A stretch of 64,000 nt of DNA from an uncultured Acidobacteriaceae bacterium (GCA_963719585.1 CAVRCM010000003.1:1012721-1076720); one strand, 5' to 3'; numbered from the stretch's first letter, positions 19,550-30,163 are shown. Numbers and translations are program-made. The notes: generated from the letters alone by a model not told the origin.

Positions 19550-20611
19550 ATGAGCAGAAAGATTCCCATTGGAATTCTGGGCGCCACGGGCGTCGTCGGG
19601 CAAAGATTTATTCAGATGCTGGAAAACCATCCCTGGTTCGAAGTAGCTTGGCTGGCTGCCTCTGACCGCTCCGAAGGGAAGACTTATTCGGATGCCGCAC
19701 GCTGGCGCCTGAAAACTGCGATTCCAGCGAACGTGGCCGCAATGAAAGTTTCACCAGCCACTCCCGAGGGCGCTCCCAAGGTTATTTTTGCCGCTCTCGA
19801 TGCCGCCATCGCCGCCGAGATGGAACCTCGCTTCGCAGAGGCCGGGTGCGCGGTAGTTTCGAACTCCAGCGCACTGCGCATGCAATCCGACGTGCCGCTG
19901 GTCATTCCCGAAGTCAATGCCGGACACATCAAGCTGATCGATGTCCAGGCTTGGCGGAAGAAATCCGGCGGCTACGTGGTGACCAATCCCAACTGCTCGG
20001 CGATCGGCTTGGTTCTCGCTTTGGCCCCGCTGCAGCAGCGCTTCGGACTGGAAGCGGTCATGGCTGTCACTATGCAGGCCGTGAGCGGTGCGGGATATCC
20101 CGGCGTTGCTTCGCTCGACATTCTGGGCAACGTGATTCCCTACATCCGTAATGAAGAAGAAAAAATGGAAGAGGAAACTCTTAAACTTCTCGGACAAGTC
20201 AACGGGACAAGAATCATTTCCGCTGCATTTGCCATGAGTGCCCAGTGCAACCGCGTTGCCGTGGAAGACGGCCATACGGAATCAGTTTCGGTGCGTTTGA
20301 AAACCAAGGCCAGGCGCGAAGAGATCATCGCAGCATGGAACGACTATCGCAGCGAGCCCCAGCTATTGAAACTTCCCAGCGCACCCGAGCGCCCCGTAGT
20401 CTACATGGAAGCGGCGGATCGTCCGCAGCCACGATTCGATGTAGATCTGGGCGCCGGCATGACGACCGCCGTGGGGCGATTGCGCCCCTGCGGCGTGCTG
20501 GAATGGAAGTTCACCGTGCTTTCCCACAACACAATTCGCGGCGCGGCAGGCGCGGCCGTGCTGAACGCTGAACTGCTCAGGGCCAAAGGCTACCTCGCCG
20601 CTCCCGAATGA
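19550..20611 (+). CDS. asd: Aspartate-semialdehyde dehydrogenase
   Basis: IGILGATGVVGQRFIQML, NPNCSAIGLVLAL (active-site Cys) and SHNTIRGAAGAAVLNAE. The start is uncertain (ATG 19550 or 19535; the listed 19454 is unlikely). Confidence 0.88.
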   Translation: MSRKIPIGILGATGVVGQRFIQMLENHPWFEVAWLAASDRSEGKTYSDAARWRLKTAIPANVAAMKVSPATPEGAPKVIFAALDAAIAAEMEPRFAEAGCAVVSNSSALRMQSDVPLVIPEVNAGHIKLIDVQAWRKKSGGYVVTNPNCSAIGLVLALAPLQQRFGLEAVMAVTMQAVSGAGYPGVASLDILGNVIPYIRNEEEKMEEETLKLLGQVNGTRIISAAFAMSAQCNRVAVEDGHTESVSVRLKTKARREEIIAAWNDYRSEPQLLKLPSAPERPVVYMEAADRPQPRFDVDLGAGMTTAVGRLRPCGVLEWKFTVLSHNTIRGAAGAAVLNAELLRAKGYLAAPE

Positions 20612-20654
20612 AAATCGAGCTGCACTCCCATAATTTCGTCAGGAAGTTACGCCG

Positions 20655-22028
20655 ATGATCGTAATGAAATTCGGCGGCACTTCTGTGGAAGATGCCCGGG
20701 CTATCGAGCGTGTAGCTGCAATCGTCAAAGAGCGCCTGCCGCAGCACCCCGTGGTTGTGGTCAGCGCTATGGCCAGAGTCACTGACACGCTGCTTACTAT
20801 GGCTCGCGCCGCGGGAGCCGGCGAACGCAAAACCGCGCTGAAGCTCTGCCGTTCGCTGCAAGAGCGCCACTACAATACCGCCAGCGAACTGCTGGGCACG
20901 GCGCTCTTTACCGACTTCCATTCAGAACTGGGAAGCGATTTTGAATCGCTCGATGAATTGCTACGCGGCATTTCTGCGGTCGGCGAATTAACCCCGCGAA
21001 CTACCGATCATGTCGCGGCCTTCGGCGAGATCCTCTCCAGCAAGATTGTGGCGGCGGCATTTTCCGCGCAAGGCCTAAACAGCGAGTTTGTGGATGCGCG
21101 CGAAGTTCTCGTAACCGATAGTAGCTATATGCAAGCCGTTCCCCAGCAGGAAGAAACCAACGAACGGTTGCAGACCAAAGTAAAACCGTTACTCGATGCC
21201 GGGCAGGTTCCAGTGATGGGTGGGTTTGTGGGAGCAAGCCGCGCCGGAATCACGACGACCATCGGACGCGGCGGCTCGGATTTTTCCGCGGCCATTGTGG
21301 GCGCAGGATTGAGCGCGGAGCGCATTGAAATCTGGACGGACGTGGATGGAATTCTGACCACTGATCCGCGAATCTGCAAGGAAGCGCGCCGCATCAAAGT
21401 GATCAGTTTCGACGAGGCGGCCGAGCTGGCCTACTTCGGCGCCAAGGTCCTGCATCCGGCGACCGTATTGCCGGCGATCCAGAAGAATATTCCTGTTTAC
21501 GTTCTGAATTCGCTGAACCCGTCCTGCGAAGGGACGAAGATTACCACCCGGGCCCCGCAGGTGAAAAATATTTTTAAAGCCATTGCGGCGAAGAAACGCA
21601 TCACTATTGTGGACGTAGCTGCGCCCCGCATGCTTTTGGCTCACGGCTTTCTGCGTGCTATCTTCGAGGCCTTCGACCGGCACAAGGTTGCGGTCGACGT
21701 GGTCTCTACGTCAGAAGTCAGCGTTTCGCTCACGGTGGATTCGAATCAGGCGATCCCCGCGCTGGCCGCCGATTTGGCTAAACTGGCTGACGTAAAGTAC
21801 GAAGGCCGCAAAGCGATCGTCTGCCTGGTGGGCGAAAGCCTGCGCGATAAACCCGGCGTCGCTGCTCTGGTTTTTGGTGAGTTGGCGGATAAAAAGATTC
21901 GCATGATCTCACAAGGTGCCTCCGAAATTAATCTGACCTTCGTCATCGAGGAAGACGAAGTGCCCGATGTCATCCAGCGTCTGCACAAAACATTTTTTCA
22001 AGATTTGGATCCGCAAGTATTTGCGTAG
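20655..22028 (+). CDS. lysC: Aspartate kinase
   Basis: MIVMKFGGTSV, TTIGRGGSDFSAA, IWTDVDGILTTDPR, and C-terminal ACT repeats. Confidence 0.95.
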   Translation: MIVMKFGGTSVEDARAIERVAAIVKERLPQHPVVVVSAMARVTDTLLTMARAAGAGERKTALKLCRSLQERHYNTASELLGTALFTDFHSELGSDFESLDELLRGISAVGELTPRTTDHVAAFGEILSSKIVAAAFSAQGLNSEFVDAREVLVTDSSYMQAVPQQEETNERLQTKVKPLLDAGQVPVMGGFVGASRAGITTTIGRGGSDFSAAIVGAGLSAERIEIWTDVDGILTTDPRICKEARRIKVISFDEAAELAYFGAKVLHPATVLPAIQKNIPVYVLNSLNPSCEGTKITTRAPQVKNIFKAIAAKKRITIVDVAAPRMLLAHGFLRAIFEAFDRHKVAVDVVSTSEVSVSLTVDSNQAIPALAADLAKLADVKYEGRKAIVCLVGESLRDKPGVAALVFGELADKKIRMISQGASEINLTFVIEEDEVPDVIQRLHKTFFQDLDPQVFA

Positions 22029-22143
22029 GAGCTTTTATCGCAGAGACCCACTGAGAAAGGCCCGCTGAGAACGCAGGTGAGACAGCTGTTTTCTCCGTGA
22101 CCTCCGCGGCAGTTCCCTGCGATCTTCGTGCCAAGGATTTTTC

Positions 22144-22831
22144 ATGAACATCCTCTTACTGGGCCGTGGAAAAACCGGATTGCTGGTGGCGGAAGTCGCC
22201 AGCCGCCGCGCGACATCACATTGCTGTTGCCGGGGCCACAGAAAACGCCGGAGGAGCGGCCCTCTCAGCGGACAAACTGCGCGACATCGACGTAGTCATT
22301 GATTTCACCGCTCCGCATTGCGTCGTCTCGCATATCGAAGCCTCCGTTAAAGCGGGCAAGAGCATGGTGGTCGGCACCACGGGCTGGTACGCTGAGAAAG
22401 ATCGGATCAGGAATTTAGTTGAGAACAGCAATACCGGGTTGGTTTATGCAGCGAACTTTTCGCTGGGAGTGAATCTTTTCCTCGAGGTCGCGCGCACCTC
22501 AGCCGCCGCTTTACGTCACGACTATACCGGACAGATCTTCGAGCGGCACCACGCTACTAAAAAAGATGCGCCGTCAGGCACGGCCATCGCGATCCAACAC
22601 ACGATCCGCGAAGCCAGCGGCCGGGATGAAGATCTGGAAGTCATTTCCTTTCGCGAAGGCGAAGTCGTCGGTATGCACGAGATTGTGCTGGAATCCTCCG
22701 CCGATAGGATCTATCTCTGTCACGACGCTAAATCCCGTGAAGGCTTCGCCGAGGGTGCGGTGCGGGCCGCGGAGTGGATCGTCGGCAAAAAAGGGTTCTA
22801 CGATTTCAAAGATATATGGAAACAGCTCTAG
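22144..22831 (+). pseudogene. dapB: 4-hydroxy-tetrahydrodipicolinate reductase (short form); frame break near 22196-22206
   Basis: ATG 22144 gives MNILLLGRGKTGLLVAEVA. The protein then continues in the 22166 ORF frame (HHIAVAGATE...VIDFTAP, VVGTTGW, ERHHATKKDAPSGTA). Confidence 0.85.
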
Positions 22832-22878
22832 CGTAGCTCACCGTTCCCACACGAGCCCATTCGCGCTATCTTATTGTC

Positions 22879-24009
22879 ATGCAACTTCGTGGATGTGGTA
22901 CTGCGCTGGTCACTCCTTTTCATCAGGATGGCGCGATCGACGACACCGCTCTCCGCAACCTGGTGGCGTGGCAGGTGGAATCCGGCATAGATTTTCTGGT
23001 TCCCTGCGGAACCACCGGCGAGACCCCCACGCTGAACCATGACGAATGGCTACACGTGATTGATACCACGATCGAAGTAGTGGCGGGGCGCGTGCCGATC
23101 GTGGCGGGCGCGACCTCGAACTCCACGCACGAAGCTGTAGAAAAGGCAAAAGAAGTTGCTGCGCGGTCCGGAGTTGACGCCATCCTCACTGCTTCTCCCT
23201 ATTACAACAAGCCAACGCAGGAGGGCCAGTACCGGCATTTCAAAGCCATCGCGGAAGGCGTCAGCGACAAGCCAATCATTCTTTACAACGTCCCCGGCCG
23301 TACCGGATCGAACCTGGAACCCGCAACCCTGGCGCGCCTCGCCGAAATTCCGAACATCATCGGTGTGAAAGAAGCCTGCGGCAATATGACGCAGATTGCC
23401 GAAGCCATCAACTCTGTGCCCGAAACGTTTCTGGTTTTGTCGGGAGACGATGCCGTCACTTTACCGGTGATCGCGCTCGGCGGAGTCGGAGTCATCTCGG
23501 TCGCGTCAAATGAGATTCCGCACGAGATGGCAACCATGACGCGGGCCGCGCTCAACAACGACTGGGTTGCAGCACGCAGCATCCATCGCAAGTATCTTCC
23601 CTTGATGCAGGCAAATTTTATCGAGTCCAGTCCCCTTCCGGTCAAGGCGGTCCTGGCAATGATGGGGAGGATCGAGGAAAACTACCGCTTACCTTTATTA
23701 CCCATGCGCCGCGACACCCGATCTAAATTGCAAAGAGTCGCAACTGAAGTCGGGCTCATCGCCAAGCCGGCAACGCCGGGGCCGGAGGCGGCTGAATTTT
23801 ATATTTACGAAAATTGGGTGGCGGGCCCGCATAAGATCGTGCTGCATCGCGGATCCTGCGGACAATGCAACCAGGGCAAAGGCCGTCCCGCTGGCCACGA
23901 TGCCAACCACGCGCGCTGGCACGGACCGTATCCCTCGCTGCACCAGGGACGCGAAGTGGCGCATGCAATGACTGGGGTACTGATTCGTAGCGAGTGCAAG
24001 TGCGTATGA
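22879..24009 (+). CDS. dapA: 4-hydroxy-tetrahydrodipicolinate synthase with an ~75-aa Cys-rich C-terminal extension
   Basis: DapA blocks are present: ALVTPF, LVPCGTTGETPTL, YNKPTQEG, ILYNVPGRTG and the Schiff-base Lys in IIGVKEA. A normal DapA would end near EVGLI (~23760). The ORF runs on through YIYENWVAGPHKIVLHRGSCGQCNQGKG...WHGPY...SECKCV. Confidence 0.9.
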   Translation: MQLRGCGTALVTPFHQDGAIDDTALRNLVAWQVESGIDFLVPCGTTGETPTLNHDEWLHVIDTTIEVVAGRVPIVAGATSNSTHEAVEKAKEVAARSGVDAILTASPYYNKPTQEGQYRHFKAIAEGVSDKPIILYNVPGRTGSNLEPATLARLAEIPNIIGVKEACGNMTQIAEAINSVPETFLVLSGDDAVTLPVIALGGVGVISVASNEIPHEMATMTRAALNNDWVAARSIHRKYLPLMQANFIESSPLPVKAVLAMMGRIEENYRLPLLPMRRDTRSKLQRVATEVGLIAKPATPGPEAAEFYIYENWVAGPHKIVLHRGSCGQCNQGKGRPAGHDANHARWHGPYPSLHQGREVAHAMTGVLIRSECKCV

Positions 24010-24010
24010 A

Positions 24011-24098
24011 CAATTGCTGATTTTTGATTTCTGATTGTTGATTGAAACCTTCGACGAATCTTTTGAATCAACAATCAGCAATCAAAAATCAACAATTC
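24011..24098. repeat. AT-rich 36-nt inverted repeat built from 4 + 4 TGATT heptads
   Basis: Left arm 24011-24046 = caattgc(TGATTtt)(TGATTtc)(TGATTgt)(TGATTga)a. Right arm 24063-24098 is its reverse complement at 32 of 36 positions. The loop is 16 nt, and the structure ends 8 nt before the dapD ATG. Confidence 0.85.
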
Positions 24099-24106
24099 CC
24101 TAACTC

Positions 24107-24937
24107 ATGCAATCCCTGAAAGCTTCCATCGAGCGCCTGGCCGCGCTGGGCGAGGTCGAGCATAATCCCGAGGCGCGTCCGGCGTTTTTCGAATTCCGTG
24201 ACGCATTAACCCAAGGAAAGATCCGAGCCGCCGAGAAACTCGACGGCCGCTGGATCGTGAACACCTGGGTGAAACACGGCATCCTGCTGGGCTTTCGCCT
24301 TGGCGAACTTGCAGAGACAGCAGCAGGAACACTCACCTTCGTCGATAAAGACACCTTCCCTGCCCGGCACTTTTCCATCGCAGACCGCATACGCATCGTT
24401 CCCGGAGGCTCCTCGGTGCGGCTGGGCGCGTATGTAGCGCCGTCCGTTATCTGCATGCCGCCGATGTTCATCAATGTTGGGGCTTATGTGGACGAAGGCA
24501 CCATGATCGATTCCCACGCACTGGTTGGATCTTGCGCGCAAGTTGGTAAGCGCGTGCACGTCAGCGCTGCCGCACAAATTGGAGGCGTGCTCGAGCCGGT
24601 GAACGCCGCGCCTGTCATTATTGAAGACGACGTGCTGATCGGCGGCAACTGCGGAATCTATGAAGGCACGCTGATTCGTGCACGGGCGGTGCTCGGTGCG
24701 GGAACGATTTTGACGCGGTCCACTCCCTTGTATGATCTGGTGCGAGGCGAAGTGCACCGAGCCACGCCGGAAGCACCGCTGGAAGTTCCCGAAGGCGCTG
24801 TGGTGGTCCCGGGATCGCGCGCAGTGAAGAAAGGCGCGGCGGCCGAGTTAGGAATTTCGTTATACACGCCGGTGATTGTGAAGTACCGCGACGAGAAGAC
24901 GGATCGAGGAATTGAACTGGAAGACTGGCTGCGCTGA
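24107..24937 (+). CDS. dapD: 2,3,4,5-tetrahydropyridine-2,6-dicarboxylate N-succinyltransferase
   Basis: [12 protein letters not shown] plus the hexapeptide-repeat region ([40 protein letters not shown]...[16 protein letters not shown]). Confidence 0.9.
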   Translation: MQSLKASIERLAALGEVEHNPEARPAFFEFRDALTQGKIRAAEKLDGRWIVNTWVKHGILLGFRLGELAETAAGTLTFVDKDTFPARHFSIADRIRIVPGGSSVRLGAYVAPSVICMPPMFINVGAYVDEGTMIDSHALVGSCAQVGKRVHVSAAAQIGGVLEPVNAAPVIIEDDVLIGGNCGIYEGTLIRARAVLGAGTILTRSTPLYDLVRGEVHRATPEAPLEVPEGAVVVPGSRAVKKGAAAELGISLYTPVIVKYRDEKTDRGIELEDWLR

Positions 24938-24981
24938 TTTCGAAATGCTGTTTTCGAAATATCGAATCGGGCGGCAGCGTT

Positions 24982-25629
24982 CTATGCCACGGTAACTGCA
25001 AGTTCCCCAGCTACGTCGACACTAACCTGAATTTGCGCGAGCTTCCCTACCACCCAGTCAGCTTCACTCAGTGCAGCCGCAGGATAGGTGCTAGTCAAGC
25101 CGATCGCTTTCATCCCGCCCGCATGCGCCGCGCGGATTCCCGCAGGAGCGTCTTCAATCACTAAACACTCCGCAGGATTCACTCCCAACAACTCGGCACC
25201 CTTCAGATACGGCTCTGGGTGAGGCTTTCCATTGACCACGTCGTCCGCGGTAACCATCACTTTCGGAAGTGGAACTCCGGCAAGCTTCAGCCGCGCGCTA
25301 GCCAGGTGTCGAGCTCCCGAAGTCACCACGCCCCATTTGTTCTCCGGAATCGAGCGGATGAGATCGATTGCACCGGGCATCACAACAATGCCGCGGTCTG
25401 AGGCTTCGCGGTTCTCCAGCCTTCGAGCTTCGGCTTGCGCGTCAAGGTGGGGAGCGACCGCTCGAATCACTTCCACGGAACGGACGCCATGGGCTATGGC
25501 GATTACGCTATCTTCGTCAATTCCCTGCTCGCGCGCCCACGCCCGCCATTGCCGATCCACTGAGCCCGTGGAATCGACGAGAACTCCGTCAAGATCAAAC
25601 AGGATGGCGGCGCAGCGAAATTTGCTCAT
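24982..25629 (-). CDS. HAD-superfamily hydrolase (beta-phosphoglucomutase-like subfamily IA)
   Basis: Motif I (AILFDLDGVLVDS), motif II (WGVVTSG) and motif III/IV (GKPHPEPYLKGAE...CLVIEDAPAGIRAAHAAGM). Confidence 0.85.
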   Translation of the reverse strand: MSKFRCAAILFDLDGVLVDSTGSVDRQWRAWAREQGIDEDSVIAIAHGVRSVEVIRAVAPHLDAQAEARRLENREASDRGIVVMPGAIDLIRSIPENKWGVVTSGARHLASARLKLAGVPLPKVMVTADDVVNGKPHPEPYLKGAELLGVNPAECLVIEDAPAGIRAAHAGGMKAIGLTSTYPAAALSEADWVVGKLAQIQVSVDVAGELAVTVA

Positions 25630-25656
25630 TCTTGTTTTTGTACCACACCGCGACCC

Positions 25657-26358
25657 TCAGCGAATCGGCGCCGGCAGAATCCGTGGCTCTGCCGCTGACA
25701 AAATTTGCTGTTGATTTTGCTGACGGACGTGCAAATATCGCTGCCGGAAGTGGGCCTTGGCGCGCTCGCCCCAGGCCCTTACGAACCAATAATTCAGACC
25801 TGCGCCCAAGGCAGAGCTGACCAGCGGAATCATGCGTCCCGCCCATTTCTCCACAACCTCAGCGCTAGCCCGGGCAGCGATCCGCTGAATCACTCGCGGA
25901 ACAAACTTGTTGACGAATTCTTTCTCCACCAAATCACGGCTGATGTCGACTCCAGCCGCACTGGCTGCGGCGATCCACAACTCCGCAATTTCATTGTCGG
26001 TATTGAACTGGAATCCATACACCAGGCTGAGCTTCTGAATCGTGCGCATGGTAATAGCCGACAGGATGCCAAGATCAGGAATGATCGTGATAAACCCGCC
26101 CAGACCAAAACCGGCGCCCTCGGCAGCAGCCAGCTTCATTCCGCCGCGAATAATGTCCTCCGCCACCATGTCGATTTCGCCTACTTCAAGCGAATACACG
26201 CCATGATACCCGCTGACCGGAAGCCGGTAAGCCGTGCGCAGCTGCAGCAGAAATTTTTGCGGATCGACTTGGACTGTTGAATAAGCCCGCGTCAGCCCTT
26301 TTACAACGGCCTTCTCGGCACGCAGGCGCAACCACGATTTCGATTCCACCATCGCCAT
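25657..26358 (-). CDS. EcsC family protein
   Basis: The 233-aa product contains AAEGAGFGLGGFITIIPDLGILSAITMRTIQKLSLVYGF, which matches my memory of the EcsC family. No ecsAB genes are nearby. Confidence 0.7.
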   Translation of the reverse strand: MAMVESKSWLRLRAEKAVVKGLTRAYSTVQVDPQKFLLQLRTAYRLPVSGYHGVYSLEVGEIDMVAEDIIRGGMKLAAAEGAGFGLGGFITIIPDLGILSAITMRTIQKLSLVYGFQFNTDNEIAELWIAAASAAGVDISRDLVEKEFVNKFVPRVIQRIAARASAEVVEKWAGRMIPLVSSALGAGLNYWFVRAWGERAKAHFRQRYLHVRQQNQQQILSAAEPRILPAPIR

Positions 26359-26467
26359 CGATCTACCTTAGCTCAGAAAGCAATCGAATTCCATCCGCCA
26401 TCGGGTAGGAACGGCAGAATCGCTCTGTACGCTACCTGACACACTCTGCTAGCATCAAGACTACTCC

Positions 26468-28131
26468 ATGCCAACTGGAAAACTGCAAGTCGTCCCCTTG
26501 GGGGGCCTCGGCGAGTTCGGTATGAACTGCATGGCCGTCCGTTGGGGCGACGATATTATTGTGATCGATGCCGGACTGATGTTCCCCGAAGCCGAATTAC
26601 TCGGCGTGGACATCGTTGTTCCCGACATTTCTTACCTCATCGAGAATCGGCAGCGGGTGCGCGGCATCATTCTCACCCACGGCCATGAAGATCACATTGG
26701 CGCGCTGCCCTGGATTCTCTCTGAACTCAACGTGCCCGTCTGGGGCACAGAATTCACATTGGCCTACGTGGAGGACAAACTCGATGAGCATGGACTGCTC
26801 GAGGACGCTGACCTCCGCGAGATGCGGGCCGGCGAGCGCTTCAAGGCCGGGGCGTTTACAGTTCATCCCATCCGCGTAACCCACAGCCTGGTGGATTGTG
26901 TTGCGCTCGCGATTCACACGCCGCTCGGCGTAATTATCCATACGGGCGATTTCAAAGTCGATCCCACGCCCACGGATAATCATCTCTTCGATCTGCACTC
27001 GTTCGCGGAGTATGGGAAACAAGGCGTACTTGCGCTGTTTCAGGATTCGACCAATGTCGAGCGCAAGGGATACACCCCCAGCGAGCGCGCCGTCCGCCGC
27101 AAATTTGACGAAGTATTTGCGCACACTCAGCGCGGCTCTTCATTTCATGTTTTTCTTCTTCCATTCACCGCATCCGGTTGGCGGTCGAGTTAGCTCACCA
27201 GCATGGACGCAAAGTCGCCTTCATCGGCCGTTCGATGAACAATTCCGCCGAAATCGCAGAAGATCTCGGCTACCTGGAAATTCCCGACGGGCTCGTTATT
27301 AATCCCGGCGAGATGAAGAATTTTCCGCCGGAAAAAGTTTGCGTGATGATCAGCGGCACTCAGGGCGAGCCCATGTCCGCCCTATCTCGCGCCGCCGTCG
27401 ACAATCACAAACACGCCAAAATTGAAAAGGGCGACACGGTGGTGCTCTCCTCGCGCATCATTCCCGGTAACGAGAAGACGATCTATCGCATGATCGATCA
27501 CTTGTTCCGCCGCGAAGCCCACGTCATCTACGAAGACGGTAGTTCGCCACCGATTCACGTCAGCGGACACGCCAGTCAGGAAGAACTAAAGCTGATCATC
27601 AATCTGGTGAAGCCGAAATATTTTATTCCCGTCCACGGCGAGTACCGGCAATTGAAGCTGCACGCCGAGATGGCCGGCGCGATGCAGAGCTCGGTGGGCA
27701 AGGTCATGTTGATCGAGAGCGGCGACGTTCTCGAATTCGACGAACACAGCGCCCGCAAAGCTGGCAAGGTGAATGTGGGCCGCGTCTGCATCGACTCCGG
27801 CTCGCGCACCGATGTGGTTGAGGATCTAATTATTAAAGACCGGCGGCATTTGAGTGAAGACGGTATCGTGCTGCCCATCATCGCCATCAACAAGCTGACA
27901 GGGCGAGTAGAGACCGCGCCCGAGATCGTAACCCGAGGCTTCAATCCCGGCGATAACGGCTTGATGGATGGAGCCCGGCGCATCGTTGAAGACACATTGG
28001 CGCATTCCAGCGAAGAAGAAAAAGCCGACTACGGTGTGATCAAGGAAAAAATCCGCGCCGACCTGAAACGTTACATCTCCAAGCAGACGCAGAAGCGGCC
28101 GCTGATTATGCCGGTGATATTGGAGATTTAA
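26468..28131 (+). pseudogene. rnj: Ribonuclease J; frame break near 27125-27135
   Basis: Metallo-beta-lactamase motif ILTHGHEDHIGALPW and beta-CASP. ...FDEVFAHTQR (ORF 26468) continues as RLFISCFSSSIHRIRLAVELAHQHGRKVAFIGRSM in the 27178 ORF frame. HVSGHASQEEL follows later. Confidence 0.9.
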
Positions 28132-28195
28132 AATTACGGATTCCACAGTTTTGACTGCTCGTCTCATCCAGGACCAAACCAACGCCACCAATTGT

Positions 28196-29169
28196 ATGAT
28201 TTCCACTGTCACCCTCGACGACATCCGCACAGCTCAATCTCGCCTGCAAGGCGTCGCCGCCCGCACCCACCTCATCGAATTCGATCATCCGGAATCCGAC
28301 ACTCGCCGGCTTTTTCTCAAGCCGGAAAACCAGCAGCCCATCGGCGCTTTCAAACTGCGCGGAGCCTATAACAAAATCGCTTCCCTCTCGCCCGAAGATC
28401 GCAAGCGCGGAGTAATTTCTTACTCCAGCGGCAATCACGCGCAAGGCGTGGCCTATGCGGCGCGCGCTCTGGGAGTAAAGGCTATAATCGTGATGCCGGA
28501 CAATGCTCCGCCGATCAAGCGAGAGGCAACGGCCGCGCTGGGCGCGGAAATCGTCATCGTCGGCCCCGGCAGCGCCGAGCGCCAAACTAAAGCGGAAGAA
28601 CTGGCGGCGCAATACGGCTACGTGATCGTGCCTCCGTACAACGATGAGCAGATCATCGCCGGGCAGGGCACGATGGGATTGGAGATTCTCGAAGACTTGC
28701 CGGAGGTGGAAACGGTTTTTGCCCCGGTGGGCGGCGGAGGGATGATCAGCGGCGTCGCCGCTGCTATCAAGCTGAGTCAAGCCCTCGATAAAAGTAATTG
28801 GCGTGGAGCCGGAACTTGCCGGCGATGCCCAGGCAAGTTTACGCGCGGGAAAGATTGTTCACTTTCATGCCGAGGAAGTTTCGCGCACCATCGCCGATGG
28901 ACTGCGCACGCAAAGCATCGGCCCGATCAACTTCGAGCATATCCGCCGCTACGTGGATGACATCGTCACCGTAAGCGAAGAGGAAATTCGCCGCGCAGTC
29001 CGCTTGCTGGCGTCAAATCCCGCAACCATGGCCGAGCCCAGCGGGGCCGTGGCCGTCGCCGGCTTTCTGTTCCGTAGCGATCAATTCTCGAAAGCGAAGA
29101 TTCAACGTTGCCATCATCAGCGGTGGCAATATCGATTCCCAGATGCTGGAAGAAATTCGCCGAGAATAA
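28196..29169 (+). pseudogene. Threonine ammonia-lyase / threonine dehydratase (PLP fold type II); two frame breaks (~28781 and ~29100)
   Basis: FLKPENQQPIGAFKLRGAYN (PLP Lys), SSGNHAQGVAYAA, VGGGGMISG. KLSQ then PSIKVIGVEPELAGDA appears in the next frame. SDQFSKAK then NVAIISGGNIDSQMLEEIRRE* appears in a third frame, with stop at 29167-29169. Confidence 0.85.
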
Positions 29170-29197
29170 ATCCGCGCGCAATGCGGACGCGGGCATT

Positions 29198-29452
29198 TCA
29201 ATTTGAGGGCCCCGCAACCGCCCAGCGCCGTATGGCAACCGCCGACCAAATTGCCTCCACCAGCCCGAAAGGCCAGGCCCCTTGCAAAAACCCGTAGATG
29301 GACCCCAGCACACACGCTCCGGCAAAAGCAAGAATGAACCAACGGCTCCGCGCTTCTAAGGCATAAAAGACAAGCATCGCCGTCACTGCAAACAGCCCGA
29401 AGATTGTTAAAGGAGTCACGTCTGAGTGGACGATTTTACTCTTATGCTGCAC
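29198..29452 (-). CDS. Small integral membrane protein (2-3 TM), hypothetical
   Basis: 84-aa ORF with hydrophobic helices (LTIFGLFAVTAMLVFYAL, WFILAFAGACVLGSIYGFL, LVEAIWSAVAI). Confidence 0.55.
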   Translation of the reverse strand: MQHKSKIVHSDVTPLTIFGLFAVTAMLVFYALEARSRWFILAFAGACVLGSIYGFLQGAWPFGLVEAIWSAVAIRRWAVAGPSN

Positions 29453-29666
29453 CGGCCGCGATGTACGGCCCTTTCGACAAACCGGAAGGGATCGGACAAC
29501 CTATGCATAAATATGTTATCCAACAACAGGGCTACGAGTCGGTAACGACCGGTAGTTACTTGCGACAGTGGAATTTCCTATGGTACAAACGACCAGTCGC
29601 AAAAGTTACGCAAGATGCCATCGCTAAACCATCTTATAACTCAACAGCGCAAAATTCTGGAGTGCA

Positions 29667-29966
29667 GTGGTTGTTGTAATTGCTGTGGCCGCGCTGACGA
29701 TGAGCGTGGCGACTCGCTATTATTCCCTTCAGGATACTTCCTCTCGTCCTGTCAGCACCGTCCAAAAACAAGCTGTTCCGGATGCGAGACCGCAGCGCCT
29801 TACCAAAAACGCCGCCATCTGGAGTCCTCCAGTATTTTCTTTTGCAGTTTCGCAGGTCCCCAGTTTTCATCCTCGCATTGATTCCGCCCGGCCCCTGCGG
29901 CGAAGTCTGGTCCGTGATACAAGCCTCTACAATCGGCCTCCTCCCGCTTCTAATTCCTTCTCATAG
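29667..29966 (+). CDS. Small TM-anchored protein ending YNRPPPASNSFS* (paralogue of 40605-40937); candidate leader/arrest peptide
   Basis: GTG start with GGAG 5 nt upstream, an N-terminal helix (VVVIAVAALTMSVA) and a Pro/Ser-rich linker. Its C-terminal motif is shared with the second ORF in this window. Confidence 0.4.
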   Translation: MVVVIAVAALTMSVATRYYSLQDTSSRPVSTVQKQAVPDARPQRLTKNAAIWSPPVFSFAVSQVPSFHPRIDSARPLRRSLVRDTSLYNRPPPASNSFS

Positions 29967-30163
29967 GTTCCTAATCGATCCGGTCATCGTCACTGAGTTG
30001 TTGCTCGCAGTTTAGCGCTGAGACTTGGTAACCTAAATCCCAGGAACCGCATCCATGCAGCTTCTTGCGCGTGGATTGGCAGGCGAGGTCGGGCGAGGAT
30101 TGGATTGGCCGGGCCGATAGAAACCGATTAGGTAGACATTTCAGTTCCGAGAAAGGAAATGCT

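Noticed and set aside
23783-24009. Treating the Cys-rich tail of dapA as an independent gene
   Set aside because: There is no stop codon after the DapA core. There is no ATG, GTG or TTG at the expected M-x-YIYENW position, despite a GGAGG at 23783. It is kept as an in-frame extension and flagged as a finding.
28106-28780. 224-aa minus-strand ORF opposite the threonine dehydratase
   Set aside because: It is an antisense shadow. The plus strand carries the PLP-enzyme motifs.
29404-29881. Overlapping listed ORFs (29404-29679, 29615-29881) in the spacer before the NRPPP ORF
   Set aside because: They have no SD, no motifs and no paralogue. The 29667 frame is preferred because its architecture and C-terminal motif recur at 40605-40937.
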